From assembly GCA_035630655.1 (NCBI GenBank), contig DASQKG010000103.1, positions 1 to 49,890 of the forward strand: 49,890 nt of DNA, read 5' to 3'. Made by a program: the position numbers and the translations under genes. The notes below the pieces were generated by a model. The model had not been told where the DNA came from. It was given only the letters and a program-made list of their open reading frames with translations, and made no database searches. The stretch's first letter is position 1, and each line of letters begins with the position of its first letter. Source of the DNA: Pyrinomonadaceae bacterium. GTDB taxonomy: Bacteria; Acidobacteriota; Blastocatellia; Pyrinomonadales; Pyrinomonadaceae. Below are positions 23,679-33,078 of the stretch, piece by piece.

Positions 23679-24812
23679 ATGATTAACTTATTATCAGCAT
23701 CAACAGCCACCCCACGCCACGCATTCCAGACCACGGACCTGACGAATGCCCTCATGCATAAGCTCTCCCCTGAGCTCATTAATACATTGAACTCCCTGGG
23801 CGTCGATCAAAGATATTCAGTGATGGAGAATTACCCCGACTTCCTGGCAGGCAAAACCATGGAAGCCACCAGTTCAACGACTGAACTTGGGGTTGATGCA
23901 ACCAGGCGTTGCATCACGGAGTGGCAGGGAGACCCTTCTCAGATCGGTTTGCTGGTTGCTGCCACAAACACTCCGGACCAGATGCTTCCCTGCCTGGCCT
24001 CGGAAGTAATCGGCCGCACTCACGGTCTCTTATCCCGTTCTATTCGCACGGTCAGTATGCAATCGCAGGGTTGTTCTGTGTTGTTGAAGTCTATCGAAGT
24101 GGCTCAATGGTACTTGGCCGCGAATCCGGGAAAGAAGGCCCTCGTACTTATGGCCGAAGCGCACACTCCCTTTGTTGCGCCACTCATGGCAGACGAATAC
24201 AACGGTTATCGCGAACTCGCAAGACTCAGGAAGGAGCAGAAACTAGATGCATCCCAGTTTGAACAGAAGAGGCTGGATACCACCTTCGTCATCCAATCAA
24301 TGCTCTTTGGCGACGGCGCTGTTGCATTGCTTGTCGGGCGCGAGGAAGGTAAACCCAGCTTTGGTCCAATATCTCATTTGACCAACGAGGAGATGGATGA
24401 CGTGAATCTTCTCACCATGACGAGCAAAAGCTCACACCCTTTCCTCAAGGGACGTCCCCAATATTTCATGCGACCGACGGTGCCGGCACGTGGCGCACAC
24501 TACGCTGTTTCCACTGTGAACAGCGTCCTCGAACATCCTGATTCTCCAGTTTCAACGCTAGGCCAGGTAGACGATTGCCTGATCCATACGGGCAGTAAAA
24601 AGATTCTCGACGGCGTTTGCTCGCAACTGCATCTTGAAAAGGACTCGACCAAGGTGCACGGTTCCTACGAAGTCCTCAAGAACTATGGCAACCTCTCGAG
24701 CGCATCGACCGGCTTCATGCTTGCTGAAAAAACTGAATGGAATGGACCCACGATTATAGTCGGTTTCGGCGTCGGCTTCACCGCCAGTGCCGGTGTAATG
24801 AGCCAAAACTAG
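23679..24812 (+). CDS. Type III polyketide synthase (chalcone/stilbene synthase superfamily)
   Basis: Cys-His-Asn triad contexts are present: SQGCSVLLKS, LIHTGSKKIL and NYGNLSSAS. The C-terminal VGFGVGFTAS resembles the GFGPG loop. Confidence 0.8.
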   Translation: MINLLSASTATPRHAFQTTDLTNALMHKLSPELINTLNSLGVDQRYSVMENYPDFLAGKTMEATSSTTELGVDATRRCITEWQGDPSQIGLLVAATNTPDQMLPCLASEVIGRTHGLLSRSIRTVSMQSQGCSVLLKSIEVAQWYLAANPGKKALVLMAEAHTPFVAPLMADEYNGYRELARLRKEQKLDASQFEQKRLDTTFVIQSMLFGDGAVALLVGREEGKPSFGPISHLTNEEMDDVNLLTMTSKSSHPFLKGRPQYFMRPTVPARGAHYAVSTVNSVLEHPDSPVSTLGQVDDCLIHTGSKKILDGVCSQLHLEKDSTKVHGSYEVLKNYGNLSSASTGFMLAEKTEWNGPTIIVGFGVGFTASAGVMSQN

Positions 24813-24914
24813 AATGCGGGAATAACTCTTGTTTGAACGCTCCCCTGAAGCCTGAATTCAACCCTTCTTCGGAAAGGATCCTCTCATGCTGGCCTTACGA
24901 CGCATAAAAAAGTT

Positions 24915-25379
24915 TTGCCTTCAATAGCGCGGTTCGTCGCACAATACCTGTTTCTAGCATTTGCCCTAAACATTTTCTTCAGTGCCAATACGACTTCTGC
25001 GACAAATTTAATCGCGACCTATGACTTTGATACGACAAGCACTGAGGCAGATCCGGAGTTCTGGACCGTTCTTCTACGTTTTAAGATCGCCAATGAATCT
25101 GCCGCGCCGGCTTTATTTGACGGAGATCCGACAGTCTGGGATGGCAACCTAAAAGTATTCGTGGCGGATGAGACCGGATTCTTAAAAGAATACTTCGGTC
25201 CAGGCTGGGGGACGCGGGATCTGTTACGTCCTGAGCTGCTTAAACTTCTTCCCGGTCAATCATTCGAGACCGAGGCCACAGTGTTATGGAATCAGAAAAT
25301 CAACAGTCGTTATGCGCACTGGATTCGGCAGAGCTTATTAAAACCCCAGGAATCAATTGAGCAAATCGAACGCAACTAG
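24915..25379 (+). CDS. Hypothetical secreted protein
   Basis: TTG start. The N-terminus is hydrophobic (FVAQYLFLAFALNIFFSANTTSA). No recognised domain, so the gene reality is moderate. Confidence 0.45.
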   Translation: MPSIARFVAQYLFLAFALNIFFSANTTSATNLIATYDFDTTSTEADPEFWTVLLRFKIANESAAPALFDGDPTVWDGNLKVFVADETGFLKEYFGPGWGTRDLLRPELLKLLPGQSFETEATVLWNQKINSRYAHWIRQSLLKPQESIEQIERN

Positions 25380-25635
25380 GAAGTGAATTGTTCTATGGCT
25401 CCAAATCACAATTTCCCAACTTATGTTTGAAGGTGTTGCCTGTAGGCGTCACAGTTCCTGACTGCATTTCCGCCAGCGGTTGTATTGTCCCCACCCTTGG
25501 ATAATCTGAACCTGACCGTTATCAGCGCTATCTACGATATCTGGCAGTAACGGATCCACGCTGTTGGCACGATTAAGCAGCCCCGACGTGTCGCTGGCAT
25601 CGCTTTGTGAAATCACGTCAAGCCCGCCAAACCTG

Positions 25636-28600
25636 CTAAGCTCCTGCGTTTTCCATCACCGGCTGACCGGCAACGATGCCGATGATCGTTTCGGTAATCT
25701 GTGAAAAGTCGAACGGCTTCCCGATTATTCCATTAACCAGGTGGTCCTCACCAGCGGGCGGTTTAGTTCCGGTACCGTAACCCGTGACCAGCACGACATT
25801 CATGTTAGGCCAACGCTTGCGAATCTCCCGACTCGTTTCCCATCCATCCATCTCAGGCATCGCCAGATCAGTAAACACAAGATCGCAGTTATTCCGAGCC
25901 AGCGTTTGCAACGCATTCTGCCCACTGTCCGCGAGAAATACGCGGTGGCCCATGACTTCGAGCATTTCAGCCAGGGTTTCGCGCACTGCCGGCTCGTCGT
26001 CTATGACCAGGATCGACAGCGAAGGTATTTCCACGGTTTCCGGGACGATTTCTTCAGCTTGAGACTTAACTTCCGCTGCCGGAAGTTCGATTGCGAATGT
26101 AGTGCCTCCACCGACTTCCGAAACCACGCTAATTGATCCTTCGTGTCTCTCAATGATGCTGTAGCTTACCGAAAGGCCAAGGCCGGTCCCGTGCGCGCCC
26201 TTGGTTGAAAAGAAGGGATCAAAAATTCTTTGTCTGACTTCCTCGGGCATCCCCGTGCCGGTATCAGTGAACCGCAGGCGAAGGCGTCCCGCATCAGACT
26301 CACTTCCTATCGAAAGCTTGCCACCGGTGGGCATTGCATCCACCGCATTTACGATTAGATTCACGAAGACTTCGCGCAATTCGGAGGCACTACCGAAAGT
26401 GTGTTGCCCGCTTGCGGCGTTGAGGAATACTTCATAGTCGAGACCTCGCAAACGTGCTTCGTTTTGCCAGCGGGTGCGCGTGATCTCGATAGCGTCGTTT
26501 AGTAGCGCCGAAACATCCAGTATTTCAAATTCTTTCGCTGCGGATTTGCGCGCAAAAGTCTGAATGCGTCGTACAGTAGCCGCAGCATCTTCGGCCGCCG
26601 TTTGAATTATTTCGAGGTTGCGCAGCTGCGCCTCGTCCTGCGTCTGGCGTCGCAGCAACTGCGCGCGTCCGAGGATTGCCGCCAGGGAATTGTTGAAGTC
26701 GTGAGCCACACCCGATGCGAGTTGACCCAAGGCCCGTAGTTTATCGGCTCGGGCGGCTCGTTCGCGCTCTTCCTTTTGTTCTGTGATGTCGCGCGCAATG
26801 CCCAGAACTCCGGTAGTTCGGCCTTCAACCACCAGCGGCGAATTATCGACTCTGGCGTAGCGTAGGCGGCCTCCGGCAGAGAAATAGCGCATCTCATAAG
26901 TCTGTGGCTCACCCTTTAAGGCGTTGCTCAGTTTCTCCTGGATGGTCTCTCGATCCTGCTCGTACACGAGATCTACCAGATGCCGTCCTATGAAGTCCTC
27001 TCGCTTCAGTCCCAGGGCCGACAGAGTAGCGCTGTTACACCACTTGAACCTGCCGTCCATGTCTACGGCGTAGATCGACTCACGGGCGCTCTCCAGAATG
27101 TTTGTCAGTAGCGACTGATGTTCTCGCGCGACCGCCTGGACTTTCCTTAGCTCAGAGAGGTCTCGCGCCGTGCCAACAACTGCGATGACAGCGCCCACTT
27201 TGTTTAGGATTGGCTCGATTGACACGAGAATCGGACGATTAAGGCGATCGGGGGTCACCTCGATAGTCACGCTCCGCCCGTCGGCAATGGCCTTCTCCAC
27301 AACGCAGGTTGATGCTTCGGAACTGGTGCGAAGAATTTCGCAGCACTTGCGACCCAACAGCTCGCGCGGATGCGATGCCTCCATTGCAGCGCCGGCACGG
27401 TTTACCCGCTTAATGAGTCCGGCCCGATCGAAAATAAAAATGCCGTCCGACATGGCGTCGAAAGTCGTCTCCCATTCGGATTTGGCCTTGGCTACCATCT
27501 CGAACAGCTCTGCCTGAGCCATACCGATTCCCAGCCGTTCGGCAACCGAATGCACGAATGACAGCTCGTCCTCATTCCAACAACGCAGACGATCTGTTTG
27601 ATGTATACAGAGCACGCCACGAAAATATCCCTCAACGACTAGCGGATAATCGATCTGCGAACGAAGACCCACCATGTGCGCGTGTTCCCGAATCGAGGCG
27701 TTAAACTCTGCCGACCCTTGGTTATGATTAAGCGAGTCGTCAATGACGAGCGGTTTCGACATGCTTAAGAGTTGACGGCCCACCGGGTCGTCGAAGCTCA
27801 CCTGCATGGAGCCGATACTTTCTACGCCAGGCGCCAGATACTCGTGTTCTACCTGCGAGACCGGGTTATCGGGATCGTAAAGGTGGAGATGTACTCGCGA
27901 CGCCGCGAGCGCGATGCCAAGTTCTCGAGTGGCCGTGCGCAAGACTTCAGGCAAGCTTAGTGAAGCGCGGATGGCCATAGTGAGCGAGTTCACCAGTGCC
28001 TCGCGTTTTGAAGTGGCCTCAGCCTTCTGATAAAGATCGGCCTGGCGAATCGCAATGCCAGTTTGATCTGCAACTGCAATTGCAAGGGCGATGTCTGATT
28101 CACTCCAGTGTCGTATTTCTCGCGTCGTAGACAGAGCAAACGCTGCGGTTACTTCCTCGCCGACCCTGATGGCCACGTACATGATGGATTGCACGCCCGC
28201 CTTGGAGAGAATGCGTTCGTATACTTCTGTAATCCGAGGATCGTTGCGGGCATCACTAAAGCAGAGAACTCCGGTCTTATCCAATGACTCGATTAATACG
28301 CGGAGTTCTTCAAGTTGGAAGTTAGCTTCTGCAGGAAGGACTCCCTCGGCATGATATTCAGCAACGTTTGTGGCCCGGTTTCCACCTACATCCTTCATGA
28401 AGAGCGAGCATCGATCGGCATTCAAGTAGGAACCTAACTCATGGACGGCGGTACGAAAAATCTCCGAACTATCCAGAGAGCAACGTATGGCCTGCGACAT
28501 GCGATGCGTCATGGCCTCGCGCTGTGATTGTTGGGCCAGCGCTTCTTCAGAGCGCTTCCGCTCCGTCAGGTCGCGACCTACACCTTGCACTCCGACGGGT

Positions 28601-30402
28601 TTTCCGTCGAGATAGATTAAGCGAGTGCTCACTTCCAGTCGCACACGGCGATGGCCCTTCGTAATGACCTCAAGTTCGTAAACGGTGGGCGCTTTGTCGT
28701 CGGTTTTTCTGGCGATCATCTCCCGGGCGACCGGGACGTACTCAGGAGCGAGAACATTAATAATGTTCATCCGGGCGGCTTCTTCGCGGCTAAATCCTGT
28801 GATTTTCTCTCCGCTTCTATTAAGGGAGGTGAAGTTTCCCTTCAGGTCATGAGTGTAAATAATGTCGTTGGCATTCTCGAAGAGCTCACGGTAGCGCTCT
28901 TCATTTTCCTGCATCGCCTTTTGTGCTTTTCTGTTTTCAGTAACGTCCGTAGCCACGCCGATCACACCAACAACATTACTGTTCTCATCGGTCATTGGTG
29001 AGTAACGGGCCTCAAAAGTCAGCTCACCCACATCGACGGTAGCTGCGATGGCTTCTCCGTTGAGAGCGCTTCTGAAGTTCCTGAGGATCTGAGGAACATC
29101 CTTGTAGACCTCGAAAATCGACCGGCCGACTATTTCACCTGGTTTCAGACCGAGTGGCTTTAGCCCTTCGCCTTCAGCTAACGTAAATACGCCGTCTTTA
29201 TCCAGGGCAAAGAGTACGAGCGAGGCACTGCTGACCACTGTGCGCAACTGGGTTTCAGTCTGCCGGAGTGCTGCGCGTCCGCGGTTGCGATCGGTAATGT
29301 CTCTGATTACTGCCTGGATGGCAGGCTGGCCTTGAAAGACCATCGACATGCCGGTTACTTCCACGTCGATGACTTCTCCGTTTAGTCGAAGATGCTTGAG
29401 CTCTGTCAGGAGAGTGGTCGCACCTGATTGTTGGAGTTTTCGAATGCGCGCACGGGTCGCTTCCCTGTAATCAGGATGGACCCTTTCTAATACTGGCCGG
29501 CCGATCAGTTCGGTGGCGCTGTTGGCACCCCAAAGCGTCACTGCAGCGGGGTTCACATAGATAAGGTTGCCTTCGCTGTGGACAATAATAGCATCAGGAG
29601 AAAGCTCGACCAGCTTGCGATACCGCTCTTCACTTTGTCGTAATTCACGCTCAGCTAGCTTTCGCTCCGTGATATCGCGTACAACTCCGCGAATTCCCGT
29701 TGGACGCAGCTGACGGTCACGCTCAATTGTGAGCACCCCCTCGAGGTAACGGCCGTTTCCTTCGTAGTCTTTCAAATAGTAGGTTGAACGTAGCGGAGTG
29801 GAATCAGAGTGTTTCCTGGTTTGCTCTACGTCGCGCGCGGCTGCCTCGCTGCCAATCAAAGTGCTGAGGTGCCGACCGACAAGCTCGGCGACAGGCTTGC
29901 CAAAGAAAAGAGCGCCAGCCTCATTGATGCTGGTGATATACCCTTGCATGTTTCGGGTGTAAATAATGTCTGCCGCCTGCTCGACGATCTCCCGATAGTG
30001 TTTTTCAACTCGACGTCGCTCGGCGAGGCGGGCGACCTTAACCAGAAACTCTTCGTTTCGAAATGGAACCCCCAGGTAGTCGTCGGCACCTGCGGTTAAA
30101 CCTTCCATCGTGTCGGCCGGTTCGTTGCGTTGCCCGCTGATCAAAAGCACGGGAATTGGAGCCGTGTGCGGATCGGTTTTGAGGTGCCGACACAGTTCGA
30201 TCCCGTTTAGTATGGGCATCACGACGTCACTTATCACCAGATCCGGCACAAAGGACTGAGCCATCTCCAGCGCGATGCCACCGTTTGAAGCACACGCGAT
30301 CTCATAGCCCTCGCATTCAAGGAGTTCGCTCAAAAGAGCTAACACTTTCTGATCATCATTAACGATCAGCACTCGGGATTTCTCTTGTGCGATGTTGGTC
30401 AT
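25636..30402 (-). CDS. Hybrid sensor histidine kinase: REC - PAS x4 - GAF x2 - PAS x2 - HisKA - HATPase - REC (1588 aa)
   Basis: N-terminal REC (LVISDVVMP). Repeated PAS starts (ERYRKLVE, ERYRELFE). H-box GVAHDFNNSL. HATPase DTGTGM and GTGLGLS. C-terminal REC (LVFTDLAMPEMDG). Confidence 0.9.
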   Translation of the reverse strand: MTNIAQEKSRVLIVNDDQKVLALLSELLECEGYEIACASNGGIALEMAQSFVPDLVISDVVMPILNGIELCRHLKTDPHTAPIPVLLISGQRNEPADTMEGLTAGADDYLGVPFRNEEFLVKVARLAERRRVEKHYREIVEQAADIIYTRNMQGYITSINEAGALFFGKPVAELVGRHLSTLIGSEAAARDVEQTRKHSDSTPLRSTYYLKDYEGNGRYLEGVLTIERDRQLRPTGIRGVVRDITERKLAERELRQSEERYRKLVELSPDAIIVHSEGNLIYVNPAAVTLWGANSATELIGRPVLERVHPDYREATRARIRKLQQSGATTLLTELKHLRLNGEVIDVEVTGMSMVFQGQPAIQAVIRDITDRNRGRAALRQTETQLRTVVSSASLVLFALDKDGVFTLAEGEGLKPLGLKPGEIVGRSIFEVYKDVPQILRNFRSALNGEAIAATVDVGELTFEARYSPMTDENSNVVGVIGVATDVTENRKAQKAMQENEERYRELFENANDIIYTHDLKGNFTSLNRSGEKITGFSREEAARMNIINVLAPEYVPVAREMIARKTDDKAPTVYELEVITKGHRRVRLEVSTRLIYLDGKPVGVQGVGRDLTERKRSEEALAQQSQREAMTHRMSQAIRCSLDSSEIFRTAVHELGSYLNADRCSLFMKDVGGNRATNVAEYHAEGVLPAEANFQLEELRVLIESLDKTGVLCFSDARNDPRITEVYERILSKAGVQSIMYVAIRVGEEVTAAFALSTTREIRHWSESDIALAIAVADQTGIAIRQADLYQKAEATSKREALVNSLTMAIRASLSLPEVLRTATRELGIALAASRVHLHLYDPDNPVSQVEHEYLAPGVESIGSMQVSFDDPVGRQLLSMSKPLVIDDSLNHNQGSAEFNASIREHAHMVGLRSQIDYPLVVEGYFRGVLCIHQTDRLRCWNEDELSFVHSVAERLGIGMAQAELFEMVAKAKSEWETTFDAMSDGIFIFDRAGLIKRVNRAGAAMEASHPRELLGRKCCEILRTSSEASTCVVEKAIADGRSVTIEVTPDRLNRPILVSIEPILNKVGAVIAVVGTARDLSELRKVQAVAREHQSLLTNILESARESIYAVDMDGRFKWCNSATLSALGLKREDFIGRHLVDLVYEQDRETIQEKLSNALKGEPQTYEMRYFSAGGRLRYARVDNSPLVVEGRTTGVLGIARDITEQKEERERAARADKLRALGQLASGVAHDFNNSLAAILGRAQLLRRQTQDEAQLRNLEIIQTAAEDAAATVRRIQTFARKSAAKEFEILDVSALLNDAIEITRTRWQNEARLRGLDYEVFLNAASGQHTFGSASELREVFVNLIVNAVDAMPTGGKLSIGSESDAGRLRLRFTDTGTGMPEEVRQRIFDPFFSTKGAHGTGLGLSVSYSIIERHEGSISVVSEVGGGTTFAIELPAAEVKSQAEEIVPETVEIPSLSILVIDDEPAVRETLAEMLEVMGHRVFLADSGQNALQTLARNNCDLVFTDLAMPEMDGWETSREIRKRWPNMNVVLVTGYGTGTKPPAGEDHLVNGIIGKPFDFSQITETIIGIVAGQPVMENAGA

Positions 30403-30631
30403 TATTTACCCGCTTTGAGGCTGGACAAATTCCGGGTCTACGTTGAGGAGGGTTACCTGAGGAAGGTAGCGAGGAACTACCGGAGAACTTGGGATTGCGT
30501 CAGAAACCTGTGGAGTTTGGTCTTCCGGGATGGGATTCCCTTGAGCCGAACGGAGTATAACAAAGTTGGCCCAAGTTTGTCATGGGATAATTCGGGCGAA
30601 AAGCCATTGAATTGGCCAATTTTTGAGAGAT

Positions 30632-31783
30632 TTAGGGGCGCGCGCGACCTTTGGTCGGCGCTCCTGAGCCAGTCGTTTTAGCGAAATAGCCAGGGCGGTA
30701 GTTGAGTTTCAGCTTCTGCGCTCGAGCCTCTGGCCCCACTACTTCAATTTGGATACGACGGTAGGATCCATCCCGGGCTTTATTTGAGGGCGAATATGCC
30801 ACTAAATACTGTTCCCGCAAATCGCGTTGGATTTGAGCAAAGGCCTTCCTGAGCTCGCTTTCGCTCCGCGGAAAATATGCTCTGCCGCCGGTCCGCTCCG
30901 CGATTTTTCTCAGCGAGCCTTCATCGACGCCGCCGTGGTAAGAATCTCCGATGCCGATAGCATAAATCAGCGCGTCAGCCTTCTGCGCTCGTTCGACAGC
31001 ATCGTGCATTTTCACCTGGCTGGTCGTGTCTACGCCGTCAGTAAGGAGTATGACTGCACGCCGCGTGTTCTCCGCGGAATCCGAGAGGAGCTCGTTTGAG
31101 GTCGCCCAAACTGCATCCCAGAGCGCGGTAGAGCCTGCCAGAATCTGGTTTGTGTCGGAGATTGGAGGTGTGCCTCCGACAACGACACCACCACCGATGT
31201 AACCCGAAGGTGGCACAAATTCGACGCGGTCAATCGCTCGTCGCAGCCGCTCCATACTGCCAGTGAATCCTTGTTCCAGAGTGACTTCGCCTGTAAACGA
31301 AACAATGGCGGCCTCATCGCGGTCGGGCCGCATGACCGATTCCAAAAACGAACGTGCCGCCAATTTCTCGTCGGGTAGGGTACGTTCCTCCGATTGACTC
31401 GTATCAATCAGGATTGCGATTGAGAGCGGGAGATCGATGTTTTGCTGAAACGTAAAGATCTCCTGGGGCTGACCGTCTTCCAACACCCGGATATCTTCCT
31501 TCTTCAGATCGCTAATGAACCTTTTATTTTGATCGGCCGCCGTAAAGAAAATGTTAGTTAAATTAGTCTCGACGCGAACTACCTCGTCAGAATCCAGTTC
31601 ATCCTTTGGAGGCGTCGGAGTTGGAGCAGGATGTTCAGATGTACGTCTACTCCTGGTTTTCTCCTGCGGATCGGCACCGGTTTGAGACTGGGCCAACATT
31701 TCGGGCGAAATAACAGAGCCGCCGACCAGCGAAACCGCCAGGCCAATCGTCAACAATAGATTTCTGTATGCTCGATCAAACAT
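30632..31783 (-). CDS. Secreted VWA-domain protein (acidobacterial VWFA-related type)
   Basis: Signal peptide. MIDAS-like ILIDTSQSE. LTDGVDTTS and YAIGIG are present. It is paralogous to the next gene. Matches my recollection of TIGR03436. Confidence 0.8.
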   Translation of the reverse strand: MFDRAYRNLLLTIGLAVSLVGGSVISPEMLAQSQTGADPQEKTRSRRTSEHPAPTPTPPKDELDSDEVVRVETNLTNIFFTAADQNKRFISDLKKEDIRVLEDGQPQEIFTFQQNIDLPLSIAILIDTSQSEERTLPDEKLAARSFLESVMRPDRDEAAIVSFTGEVTLEQGFTGSMERLRRAIDRVEFVPPSGYIGGGVVVGGTPPISDTNQILAGSTALWDAVWATSNELLSDSAENTRRAVILLTDGVDTTSQVKMHDAVERAQKADALIYAIGIGDSYHGGVDEGSLRKIAERTGGRAYFPRSESELRKAFAQIQRDLREQYLVAYSPSNKARDGSYRRIQIEVVGPEARAQKLKLNYRPGYFAKTTGSGAPTKGRARP

Positions 31784-31792
31784 TCCGCATCC

Positions 31793-32800
31793 TTATGGTC
31801 TTACGCTATCCGCAATCGCTTTGTAACCGTGTTTGGTTCTAACCTTCAAATCCTTACGGCCATCGGCAAGTTTGACCTCAACCTTCCGAAAGCTGCCGTC
31901 GTAGCGATCGTTAATTGGTTTGTAGGTCACCAGGTATTGCGCACGAAGCTCTTTAGAGATTTTCGTGAAGTTACGTTCCAGCGAGAGCATATCCCCGCTG
32001 AAAAAAGCCGTACCACCTGTCTCTTCAGCTAGCCTGACTAACTCGCGGTCAGACTTATCCTTTACTTGCCCAGCCTCGACACCCGGTACGGTAGCAGCAA
32101 ATCCGGCCTTCGTGGAGATCGCGAAGATTGTCGTCTCAGTTCGTTGCGCGATTTCTATAGCATCGCGAATGTTTGCACGGCTATATGTGTCTTCACCGTC
32201 GGTGATAACTACGAGCACGCGCCGACCGGCAACTGACCTTAACTTCTCATCACAAAACTGCCACACGGCGTCGAAGAGCGCCGTTTGGTTTCCTGTCTTC
32301 TTCACGCTAAACACTGCTCGATCCAACAGGTCGAGCTTGTCCGTAAAGTCCTGGCGCAAATTAATCTCATGATCAAAAGTCGCAAACAGAACGCGATCCC
32401 TTCGCGGGCGGACGACAGTCTGAATAAAGTTCATCGCAGATTCCTGCTCAAACTTCAGTTTGCCCGCAGTAGATGGAGACGTATCCATTAACACGGCGAC
32501 ATATAAGGGAAGGGTTTCGCCGAGGTCATCCGAGAACGTCTCAATCTGTTGAGGGACGCGATCCTCAAAAATGAAAAAGTCATTTTTTGTGAGTCCGGGG
32601 ACGAAGTTACCCTTTTTATCGACTACGGTAATAGGAAGCCGCACACGATTGATGGGAATCGTTACCGTATCCGGGTCTTGTTCTCTGAGCGCAGGCGTCG
32701 GGCTGGGTCGCGGCTGCTGAGCCGGGCTGACAACAGCCATGGCAAACAGAACGACGAGCAACGATAGCCGATAGAAGAAGTGTGACAAGGGAACTTTCAT
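31793..32800 (-). CDS. Secreted VWA-domain protein (acidobacterial VWFA-related type)
   Basis: Signal peptide. VLMDTSPST, ITDGEDTYS and FAIST are present. It is collinear with its paralog at 30632-31783 and only 9 nt separate the two. Confidence 0.8.
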   Translation of the reverse strand: MKVPLSHFFYRLSLLVVLFAMAVVSPAQQPRPSPTPALREQDPDTVTIPINRVRLPITVVDKKGNFVPGLTKNDFFIFEDRVPQQIETFSDDLGETLPLYVAVLMDTSPSTAGKLKFEQESAMNFIQTVVRPRRDRVLFATFDHEINLRQDFTDKLDLLDRAVFSVKKTGNQTALFDAVWQFCDEKLRSVAGRRVLVVITDGEDTYSRANIRDAIEIAQRTETTIFAISTKAGFAATVPGVEAGQVKDKSDRELVRLAEETGGTAFFSGDMLSLERNFTKISKELRAQYLVTYKPINDRYDGSFRKVEVKLADGRKDLKVRTKHGYKAIADSVRP

Positions 32801-33078
32801 ACTGTTTAATTTGCGGGAAAACAGTCTTTTCGGACTGCTGGAGACAGCCGTTTTGATGCCTCAATAGTGATTCCTGTTGCCCTCTTTGGCATTCAACACC
32901 GCGAGTTGCGATACCTAAGACATAAGAGCATACATCGTTAAACTAACCAAATCTCCTTGAAAACTTGTAACTTCTGCTCACGTGCTGTTTGTAGTTTGAA
33001 CCTGAGGGCGATGATACAATGCGACTGATCTTGTGATTTGAAGCTCACTGTTGACCTGTCTCGAAAGCACGCCCAGCC

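Noticed and set aside
25449-25616. 55-aa GTG-initiated ORF on the minus strand just downstream of the hybrid kinase (VISQSDASDTSGLLNRANSVDPLLPDIV...QGWGQYNRWRKCSQEL)
   Set aside because: It falls below the track cutoff and has no convincing ribosome-binding site or recognisable family. It cannot be supported from sequence alone, though it would be worth a look in proteomic or ribosome-profiling data.
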